A stretch of 64,000 nt of DNA from Geosiphon pyriformis uo1 (lineage: Eukaryota > Fungi > Glomeromycota): positions 1-64,000 of the forward strand of contig JAAOMT010000282.1 of assembly GCA_016748015.1 (NCBI GenBank), given 5' to 3'. A program made the position numbers and the translations under genes. The notes under the pieces were generated by a model. That model was not told the DNA's origin. It worked only from the letters and a program-made list of their open reading frames with translations, and made no database searches. Every line of letters starts with the position of its first letter. Within the stretch, counting starts at the first letter, position 1. Shown here piece by piece: positions 52,722 to 64,000 of the stretch.

Positions 52722-54165
52722 TTTCACTGTTCAGTAGTAAAAGAAATTTTAAAGTGATAATAAAACATGAGAACTTTTTGAAGTTGATGATAAAAAAATT
52801 TAAAATAAATTCTTTCACTTAATCGAAGCTACAAAAAGGTCAAGAAGTTATGCTTATATACCTTCGATTTTTTTAGGTAGAGGAATTTCGTGCGAAAAGA
52901 GAAAGGACGAAGAGCTTATGGATTTTTTGTAAAAATTATCTTCAATTTATATATATGTTATATGTGTGGCTACACTTATAATCTATTTATGCGATCTCAA
53001 CGTCATTGTTTTGATATTAATCAAAGTCGTAGTAAAATTTTTAAGGTTTGGAAAAATGAATGTGACTTTTTATTTTACAAACTTTGCCTAAATTTGGGAC
53101 AATCAGTAAAAGAAGAACGATTCAAGTTTTTAGTTTTCACATGTTGTACAATTATTTATTTTCATGGACATCGCTTACTACGTATCTATTGTTCCCACTT
53201 TTTAGTTATAAAACATGGATTTAACTAAAATTGGGAATAAATAGTTTTAATTCCTAGTTTAAAAGTTAAAGAATATTTTAAAATCCGTTAAGATATATTG
53301 ATATTAATAATTTTCCGGAAATATTTAAAATATAGTCATCTTTTAAAGTTAAAAAAAATTCTACTAAAAATACTTTGACTTATAGAAAAAGAAAGAGTTT
53401 GGTTGGGGAGAAAAGAAGTTTCACAAAGCTTTGGCTTTGGCTTTGGCTTTGCCTTTGCCTTTGCCTAGAAGAAAAACCCCCCACTTGTTTAACATTAAAA
53501 AGATTTAAATATATGAAATGAAAGGTTTTAATCATTTTTTGTGTGAACATTAATCTTTTTGTGTGAGCATTAATCTAATGTATATTGCAAATCAAACAAC
53601 AAATATATATTAATTAGTTATAATTTTTAATTTTTATTACTCGTTATCCAATTAAATTCTTATTGTAAATTAAAAAATTGATATGATCGTGCTTATTTTC
53701 AGTTTCAAAACAAGATATCTTATGAAGTTTAATCGACATTAGATTTCCTTAAATATAATTATTATTAATAATAATAAACCTTCGGATATAAAAAGATCTT
53801 CCCGGGAAAAACCTGTAATCTCTAAAAGAGGAAATGTCTTTCCGATATATATTTCGAAAAATAGAATTCTATTTGCAGATAAATTTTCTCATACGTAACA
53901 AAGACTTTTAGTTTGTAATATAACAAAACCCATCACATGCTTCTATGAGTAAAATAGAAAAGAATAACGTAAATAACTTCAAACAAAGAACTGTGCCAAA
54001 AAAAATATTGTCATTTGTATCATGCTATCGAAAAATCTAAAATCGACTGATGAAATTGTAGTACAAAATTAAAGCCTTTTTATTATATCAATATTTGAGA
54101 AATTTTTAATTTTATAAAGTATTTAAAATGGAAATTTTTTTTGTCTTTGACACATTTTACTCCGC

Positions 54166-54212
54166 TAAGCTTCTAAGCTTCTAAGATTCTAAGCTTCTAA
54201 GCTTCTAAGCTT
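54166..54212 (+). repeat. 8-bp tandem repeat (CTAAGCTT) x6
   Basis: ctaagcttctaagcttctaagattctaagcttctaagcttctaagctt. Confidence 0.9.
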
Positions 54213-54885
54213 TAATTAAATCTTGGTGAAACTTTATAAATATTTAATTTCTCAAAAACATATTCACTATAAAGTTTTAATCTTGAAAAAACATTTAACG
54301 ATTATTTTAAGTTTCCGAATTTAAAATTGAAAATGAATTAAAAAAGTTTTTATCACAGTCTTTATCATCATAATTTTGAAAAATTGGTTCGATTTAATAA
54401 GCTTCATTTCAAAAGATATTTTAATTTTGGAAAATAATTCAAAAAAATTTGACTATGATGAATTATAATTTGCTTTTTTATTAATTTATTAATTAATTAA
54501 TTAATCAATCAACCTAATATTCAATTTTTTTTTAATTTTTTTTCAATAAAATATATATAAATTTTAAAATTTTTTTTATAATAATTAATAAAGATTTGAT
54601 ACTAACTTATTTAAACAATAAATAAAAAAGAATTATTCATTTAAAATAACACGGGAAACTAATAATAATAATATTAATAAAAAAAAAATTCAGCAAATAT
54701 TATCTTTATATACATATTAAAAAAATTTGTTTAGAACCACGTTAAAATTTTATCAGTTAATTCAATTATATAAATTATATGAAAATTAAACGTATAATTT
54801 TGAAAATGATTACTGATAACATAACTTAATTTCATGAAAATCTTTGTCGAAATGAGATTCGAAATTATATTTTAAATTAGAAAAT

Positions 54886-54923
<38 letters not shown>

Positions 54924-57900
54924 TCAAAAAATATTTTAAATAAAAATTTCGAAAAAACCCAAAACATAAAAATCATTATGATACTATTTATTTAAATTAG
55001 TCCGAAGACTAAATACCATACATACCATGGTTAATTCCATATTGTAAAATAATTCAAAAAAATTTAACAAAAAAAAATAATAATAAAAGTATATTTTGTT
55101 TTTATTAATTTAACCTAATATTTGATTTATTACTTTTTATAAAAATTAATAAAAATTTAAAACTAATTTATTTTAAACAATAAATATATAAACAAATATA
55201 TAATAATATATATATATATTTATATATTTATATATATTGAAAAAATCTTATTTATAAAATTATAATCATCATATTAAAAATTCATCAATTAATTAAATCA
55301 TATAATTTATATAAAATTATAATTAAGAATTTTAACTTAAAATTAAATTTATAATTTTTTTTTTATAAAATTTCAAAAAATTTGATGCTTTTTTTCAAAA
55401 TTTTATTTTCATTATATAAAGTCCAAATTTTAGTTTTTAATAATTTCCAATTATTAAGATGTATACACATATTTAAATTGAATTCATACAAATTCATTAT
55501 TTTTCTCCTTAAATTTCAAAATCATCTTTTTATTTATTGCCTTTATTTCTTAATAAACTTGTTTGAAAATTTTTATTTGGTCTTCAAGTGTTTCTTGAGT
55601 GACTTTTATTATTTCTAAAAAATTCTTTGTTTAAATTAAATATGAGTTCATCTTTAAGTTGATTAAGAATTGTTGAAGTAAGAAATTTCTTTTGGAAACT
55701 TTCTTGAAACTTCTATGAATTATAGTAAAAATTGAATAATCATAAAAGAAAGAATAAGTAAAACATTATTTTATTTACTCACTAAATTTGTAGGTCTTCT
55801 CCATACAGTTGTGAAACGCAAATACATAATAGGCGGTTTTTAACCTCTAAGATTTCAACCATGTTGGTCACTTAAATAGCATGATGGCCATTTGAATTCT
55901 CTCGTTAGATTTCTAAATTAACAATATAAATCAAGAAATTAGGCTCAAATTATTATATCAAACAGTTGTTTTCAGTATGACATAATTTTTTTTTTACATA
56001 ACTTGATTTACCAAGCTCTTTTTTTTTGAAACAAATGTGGCATATCTACCTACTGTCAATGGTTTTAAAATTGTCATCATATGAATTTTAATGTACTTAT
56101 ACTTCTTGCTCATTAATTAGTACTATTGTTCCAAGAATGACAAAACAAGACGTTCATAACTTCTTTTAACCTTTGCCTCAATTATAAATTTGTGATCTTA
56201 AAAAGTTATGACGGTAGTAGTTCTATAAAATCATGATTATTCTTAGTAGTACTTGCATATATTTCGGTTTTAAACATGGTCATCGACTTTGGGTGGTGTA
56301 GTTATTTTGAAAGTAATAATTTATATATCCGACTTTCAAATTATTTAGAGAGAATTTTGTATATATCTATATTTCATTTGGTAATAATTCAGTTTGGGTG
56401 AAACTAGCTAGTTGCTAAATTACCCTTAGAATCCAAATAAAAATATTAAGTTCCAAATAGAGTTAAAAACATTTTTATCATGGTTTTTAAAAGCAAAAAT
56501 TTTCAAATTTATAGCTTGGAAACATATTTGATTTTCTAGGCCTTAAAAAATATATTTACAATAATAAGTTTTTGAAAGCTTTGCAATTTTTGAAATTTTT
56601 CTTTTTTTACTTTTGATATTTTTTGAAACTTGGGAAAAGCCTATAGAACATTTTTTTTCAATAAAATCCAAATTTTAATGCATGATTAACTTTTTTTATT
56701 ATTATATTTTATTTGGCCAAAATATTTTTTTTCATTTTTAAAATAGCAACTAATTTTTAGGATTCTTTCTAGTTTTTTGATTTGGTCTTTAAATTCTTAT
56801 ATGAGAATATTTTTAGATTTTTTGCCTTAGCAATTTTGTTTTCAACCTAAAAAATTAAAAATATTAAAATTCATTTTTTTAAACGATTTGAAAAATAAGT
56901 TAAAGTTATATCTTTTTTGGATGTTTGTACTTAATTTGTATAAGGATATCAGTGTTTCTCGCATAAATATTAAATATTTTTGGTTAAAGTTTTTTTTATT
57001 TTAAAAAATAAAAATATAGATAAAAAATAAAATTTTCATTTGATAAAGCTTTAAAACCTTTATTTTTGAATTTAGGAATTTACTTTTTGATATAAAGATT
57101 CATATTTTTTTGAGAAAATGAGTACAGATTTTTCATGAAACAAATCTTTTTAAATAATTAGTATTGAATATTTTAAACCATGAATGAAAAATATTCTTGA
57201 TTGCTTTTGCTAAATTAATAAACGATTAACAAATATGTGACCTATGTAAAAAAAAAAAAAAAAAAAAAAAAGACTACTCTTTCGGTATTTCAGAACATTG
57301 GTTTTAATTTGGTAATGTGAAAAAGACATAGGCAATCGATTTTAAAGCTGCTTTTAAATAAAATTTCTAAAAATTATAAAGCTAAATGATTCTCTAAAAA
57401 AAAGTTATTTCATGTTTAGCTACAAAAAATTTTTATGAATTTAAAATAAGATTTAATCAAGATTTTAGGGTAAAGAATATAATAAATTGTTTGGAAATTT
57501 TTTTTTTTGAATAAAATATTTCTATAATTTTCATTTCATTGATCTATAATCTAATAATAATAAGTGTTGCAAAACTGGCTTTAAAGTCTCATTTGACCTA
57601 GGGTGAGTTTTTTCTCATTGATTATGAAATAATATATATTGCCCTGCTATTAATGACATTACATCAATTTGGCAATCTAATTAATCTATAAGTTGACAAG
57701 TAAAAATACTTTTAGCAGATCTAATATCAGTATAAAAACTCTTTAATTAAACGTTTCGGAATTTTGACCAGCTGAATAAATGAAAACTCGTAAATTAATA
57801 GTTACCTCAGGGTGATATAAATAATTATTTTTAATAAAAAGTGGGTAATTGTCATTTAATAGCTATTTTCAAAATCTTAATATTTTTTATCTGGGCTTCA

Positions 57901-58661
57901 CTACTAATGGAAAGATTAAAGGAAAAATACGGTTTTAATCTGAATAATTTTATTTGTCATTTGTGTGTTTGAAAAAAGGTATCTCTTTTAAATTTAACGC
58001 TGGAAATATTCAGTACCAAACATTATGTGAGTTTGAAAAACTGTAATTTCATTGAGATGTCTCTTTACTTGTTGTCAAAGTTATTTTCTAGTATTTCTAA
58101 TTAAGAAGCTTTAATCGTTCTTGATTGTAAATATTAACCAAAAATATTCTAACAATATTATTTTAGATAATACTATTGTGACATTAAAATACTATTTTAA
58201 AAATACAATTGAATTATATTTAGCTTTTCCAACTCAATCAAAAAGGATACACAAAACTATTTCAATTAACAATTAATTATCTTGTTCATTGCAAAAAATT
58301 GAACAAGAAGCATTAATTTAGCAAATACCAAAAACTATTCTCATATTATTATAGTTCATAATTCGTTTCAAAACTCTAATCTTAATTATTTATAATATTT
58401 ACAAATAATAACTATTATTCTCAAATTTGATATTATAATTTTTATACAATTAATTAATCTTACAGCTGTAAAATTATATAAAAATTATTTTTATATATTA
58501 ATTAAATTTTTTGTTTTTAATATTTTTTTAATTAAATTAATTTAATTTTTAATAAATTTTTGATTTTTAATTCAATTTAAAATATTATATATTGAAATAT
58601 AACTTTTTTATTTGTTTTATAAATATTATGTTTTTTTTTACATATTTTTTAAGTAAAACTA

Positions 58662-58693
<32 letters not shown>

Positions 58694-59078
58694 GTGTTAA
58701 GATAACAAACAATAAATCACAAAAATAAATAAAAATTAATTAATTAATAAATTCAAATTAAAAGTTGTTTTTAATGTTTATTTTAAATTAAACTTAATTT
58801 TAAATAAATAATAAAAATTATAAATAATGGTAAATATTTTTTAAATAAAGAAAATTAATTTACTTTTATAATTAAATTAACCCTAAAAATAAGATTTAAA
58901 ATAAAAGTGTTTTACATGTTTATAGAAGTCAATAAATGAAATTATTATTCGCAATTCTCAATATTTTTGCACAATATAAAATTGTATGGCTCATATACAA
59001 TATTCAAATTTTATTTATATAAATAGCATCAATTCAATCAGGTTATTTTCAAAAAGTTGAGTGTTTGTTTGAGTGGAA

Positions 59079-59436
59079 CTAGCTTGATATAAAGACTGAA
59101 ACTGATCTCACAATCAATTCTGCAAAACCTGCGACACAAAAATCTTCGAGCGCATGACATCCTGAAGCTGCGAATGGAGCACTTGTTACGATTATTCCTG
59201 TCCCTAAAAATAAAATTCATATTTCATTAATAAAGCGATATCAGCAAAAATAGCTTCCAATTTTTATTTAATTTGAAATTAATTATATTACCAGAGAATA
59301 AAGCAACTAATAAAAAACAAGGAGTCCAAACAATCCAATGGCATGTTTTTTGACAGAGACCGAAAGTTATTGATCCTACCAGTGAAGTTTCCCAATGAAG
59401 CCAGGTAAGAATGGCCGCAAGCAATATAAAAAACAT
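59079..59436 (-). CDS. Divergent paralogue of the small Cys-rich secreted protein (89 aa); exons 59436-59292 and 59203-59079
   Basis: Spliced product MFFILLAAILTWLHWETSLVGSITFGLCQKTCHWIVWTPCFLLVALFSGTGIIVTSAPFAASGCHALEDFCVAGFAELIVRSVSVFISS. Same phase-1 intron in the Gly codon as the 52.4-kb gene; five of six Cys kept. Confidence 0.8.
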
Positions 59437-62400
59437 GAGATTAGGATTCAGTTTGAATGATTTTTTTATTTCTAAATTAAGAATTGAATTGATATAAAAA
59501 TCCTATTGGGCGAGTTAGATTGAATCGTTGTTTTGCAAGCTTTTCAACGAAATCAAATTTAGTAAAATTTAAGAAAAATTTATTAGTTTTCAAAATTTCC
59601 CACTATTTAGGAAGTAGAGGTCTAAATATAATAGATTTGAATGGATTATAAAGAACTAATTTGATTAGTTGATTAAGATTTATCAATTTTCAAATCATCT
59701 CTGAATCTCTTTTCAAAGCTGGGGGATTCGATAAGATTGACAAAACTACCGATATTATATCTCTTAATAAAAGTTTGTTATTAACATTTTATCTATCATA
59801 GAGTGTTAGAAAATGGGTATTTATGTATATATAACTTTATTTTTAATAAAATACGGAATATATTAACAAGGCTAAAAACAGATTAGTAAATCTGTGGTTC
59901 TGCTTAAATTAAACAAAAGTTGACACAGTAATTAACCAAAAGGTTATAAAAATGATTTAAATTGGAATTGTTTAAAAGCTGAATTTTTGATTCAGAAAAA
60001 TTAGTTTTAATAATTATGAATTATAAAAAGATTTTTTTTTAACCTAACAAAGAGTTATATATATATATATTATTTTTAAAATATTGAGTATCGATAATCA
60101 GGATTTTGTTATTGAATTTATACAATACATTTCTCCATTCTATTTAAAAAAAAAACGAATCCTTTTAAGGGCACTAAATGATAAATATGAAAGTTATTTT
60201 TTTACTTTGATAAAAATGATTAAATTTAAAAATTAAATTTTGTCAAAGTATTTAAATTGGCTTCTAGATTGTTGTTTCAAATAATTTAATGAAAAAAAGA
60301 TATCAATTTTTTAATGAGAAAATTTGTGCTTAAAAGATTCTTGTTATTTGTAAATGCGAGAGGAATTAAATTGAAAATGTGAAATTTTTTTGTATCAGAA
60401 ATAAAAAACTTATTTTTGCAAAGTCCCCAATCTTTAAATAAACAGCAGAAGCTTGAGTTTCGTTGGATAGACAAGAAATTAAAAGGAGTAAAATGCTTTC
60501 AGATTCTTTTCTGAATCAGCAAATAATATCTATGAATTTTTTCTAGTTTTTGAAATTTGCTAATATTTTTTGATTTGGATAATTTTGAATATTTGATATT
60601 GAATAAAATGTTTGATTTTTTATAAAAGAATCTTACTTGTAGACAAACCAATACTTAACGAATCATAATTTAATTTGTGAATCAAAAAAAAAATTGTTTT
60701 TTCACCTATTTTAATAAGAATCTTATAACCCAGTGACATCTTACAACTTTCTCCAAATTACTCAACAATTAAAAGATCAAGTTTACAACGACCAGTTAGG
60801 CTACTAACTCTCTTTTAAGCCTTAAAAATAACAAAAATTTATCATCTCTAACTTCAAGCTCGAAAATAAAATTCTTATTAAAAACTAGAAACAAATTAAA
60901 AATGGAACCTTGAAGCTGTTGTATACTGATTTCAAAAATCAAAAAAAAATATACCATCTTAATAGAAAAATTTCATTTCATTTTTTGACTCTAGAAACAG
61001 TTTTTACAATCGGTAATAACAAACAAGTAGTTAGATGAGTAAAATTTTTGAAAAAAACAATTATTTTAACATATCATTTTAAAATATAATCAAAATAAAC
61101 TTCTAACACATACTAACTTCTTTGAAAAACTAATACAACAGCTAAATGGTCAATTCAATTTTCAAATGATATTATTCAAGTATTATTTAAACGAAAAATT
61201 CAAATGAGTGCAAAATTTTATTTTTGGGCTTATATTCCAAATATAATCAAAACGTTTAACTAAAAATATCAAAAAAGCTATTTTTTTATTTTTTATTAAA
61301 ATCTTAATTTTACAATAAATTCTAAATCAAAAATAATTTTTTAAAAATTCAATTGCTACAACATAAAATAAAAATAAAAAATTCAAATTTGTTTTATACT
61401 TTCTCATTTTTCAAAAGCTTGGGAATCTATAAAATTGGCAATCTATAGCTTTTATAATTAGTAATTTAATAAAACAGTTTATTGTTTTTACAAATACATT
61501 TTAATTGTGTTCTACTTTTTTCAGAAATTTTAACGAAAAATAAAAATAAAAATATCAATGAACAGAAAAAACTATAACACAGCTAAATTAACTAAAAAAT
61601 ACTGCTTTTCTTATTTTAAATTTTTAATTGATTACAATTCAAAAAATTACTCTTGAATTCTTTTATAAATTAAATAATTTAATAGATTATTTTGAAAGAG
61701 ATGATAATTTTAACTTCAAAAACAAACCAAATTATATTCTTTTAAAAAATATTTTTAATAAAATTTTATTTAGAATAAATTTTATATTTAACATAAAAAT
61801 TAATATTTAATAATCAAAATATTGATTATCAATTATAAATACAACAAACCAAATTTACACATATATATATATTGTTTTGTATTTATAATACATAAAATAA
61901 TACAGAAGATTGAAATAAAGATTTTTTATGTATATAATTATTTATAATTGTATTTATAAAAAAAAATTAATCATGTTTAAAAAATGATATCCTTGCAATT
62001 AAAATATAAAAATAATTTAAAGCATTTCGAACTTTAATACAAAAATAAATAAATTAATATTTTATATTTTGGCTACATTATATAGTTAAATTGTGACAAA
62101 AACATATCATTTTTTATAATTTTGATTCCAATAATACATTTTATTTTGTATTATTATTAAACTTTAAATTTCATTGCTTTAAAATTTTTATGGTTTAATA
62201 TAAATATATACTTATTAATTTAGTATTAACACATTATATATATTATTTACTTAATAATAAGAATTTAAAATTTCTAAAAACAATATAAATTTTCATTTAA
62301 AACTTTTTTTCTTTTATTAAATTAAAAACTGTAAATTTGTACATAATAAAAAATAAAAAATTTACAATTGATTATCTTTACAAATTATTTATAAATCAAA

Positions 62401-64000
62401 TTTTAATAAAAATTTATTTAAGTAATTATTAAGTGTGCATAATTTTAATTAAAAAAATCACAACTTAAATTTTTTTTGCTGATTTGTTTTTTCTTACTTT
62501 TTTTCTTTCAAATTGCGTAAATTATAATTAAATAGAAGAAGTTATTTGTTATTTTAAATACTAATTTTTTTTGCATTGTATTCACAAATGTTTCAGAACA
62601 TATGTAAAACATAATTAAACTAGTATTAACATAAAAGCAAATTAGCTCACATTTCACAAATTTTAAACAAATATCATTATATGTTTAATTTATTGAGAAT
62701 TTATTGGCTTTAATAAAACATAATATTTCTAAAAAAGGTATGTTAAAAAGCAATTTTTACATTAAAAATTATAATACAAAAACCAACTAATATATTAAAA
62801 ATTAGTATTAAAAAATAAATTTATGGTTTATTTTTAATTATTATAATAAAGAATAAAATTTTGTTTGTAAATTTTTGCCTACTCTCTGTATAATTGCTAT
62901 TAAGGCAAACAAATTATTTATAACTTTGTTTGGAATTTTTCTATATACATCTTCAAATCTTTCAAGTTTTGTGATTCTTTCTCTTTTACATTTTTTTTCT
63001 TTTAAGTTTTTAATTAGATTAAAATTTGAAAAGAATTTTTATTTAAGCGACTTGTGTATTTTGAATTATTGTTTTCCTAAGGTCAAAGGAGCAAAATATT
63101 AATCGATTAAAAAATACAGATAATTTTTAATAATTTTACAAATATCGAAAAATTCCAAAATCCCTTTAGTTTAATGATTATTTTTTAATTTTGATAATAA
63201 AATTTGTGTACAAAAAAAAATTTATCAAAAACCTAAAAAAAATAATTTAATTTAAATTAATAAAATTTTTAACATTTTAAATATATAATTCATGTTATTC
63301 AATACTCGTGACTTACATTCACCATTAATAAGGAAATCTTTTGTGACCCTGCTTGTGATTGTGATTCCCTTTTAAGATAAACAAAGCTGCAAGATGAAAG
63401 CGAATAGTATTACAAAACTTGTTTGAAACCCAAATATCAATTAGGTCACTATGACACTATATGTCTTTTTACCGGGTCTCAATAACGAAAATCACGTTTT
63501 CTATCTCGTCCACAACATTACACCTGTCCAGTAGTTCATACCCTACTGCGTTTTAAATTACCAACAATTAAAGGAGTACGATTATCGATTTTCTCTTTAC
63601 CATCACCTTTTGCAGGAGCTACCAAATACCTCAACTTTTATCCAGCAAGATGCCTCCCCAGCTTCCTATTGACATCCTTCCAGAAATCTTGCGACACTTT
63701 GTAGGTGAACTAGGTTAGTAGAACTTTAACTTTATTTGTTCTAGATTTATGTAGCTTTACGGAGTAAAGAACCTGTAGTTTTTTCACTACAACCTCGACG
63801 GAAAAAGTTCAACCGCTTGTTCCTTTAAGAATTTTTTTTAACCAATGTAGTCATTTCTACAACATTTTTTCACATACTTTCTACCAAAAAACACTGAAAT
63901 ACCAATTTATACATAAGAAAACTAATCATATACGGTTTTTATCACAATAGACGAGCAAGAGATTCTACATAACTTGCTATTCGTCAATCGTACCTGGTGT

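Noticed and set aside
63340-64000. GC-elevated segment at the window end, possible retroelement or gene remnant
   Set aside because: No long open frame, no recognisable RT, integrase or transposase motif, and cut by the window edge.

Overview
Very AT-rich eukaryotic DNA with short GT-AG introns. The gene mix (intronless MATA_HMG-box gene, Sel1-like-repeat genes, a tyrosine-kinase-like family member, small Cys-rich secreted proteins) suggests a fungus, most likely Glomeromycotina (arbuscular mycorrhizal fungi or relatives); this taxonomy is inferred. Supported genes: a 487-aa orphan membrane protein, tRNA-Asp(GTC), a 6-exon Erf2/ZDHHC9-like DHHC palmitoyltransferase, a Sel1-repeat gene plus a pseudogenised duplicate, a multi-exon BRWD/PHIP-like WD40 gene apparently without bromodomains, a MATA_HMG-box transcription factor, a kinase with its catalytic C-lobe deleted in frame, and three paralogous small Cys-rich secreted protein genes (intact, divergent, pseudogene). 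The standout is below the ORF-track cutoff: a 43-aa ORF at 45716..45847 (MQPTTNNQSSFNPLSIIAPGNGSIKGPTGDPDDGSGTGQCSIM) built like an a-factor-type CaaX lipopeptide pheromone precursor. Its promoter has a TATA box and seven copies of the SOX/MATA-HMG site AACAATG in about 360 bp, and it lies about 12 kb from the HMG-box gene. This is a candidate HMG-controlled peptide-pheromone module in a lineage where I know of no characterised one. All exon models were derived by eye.
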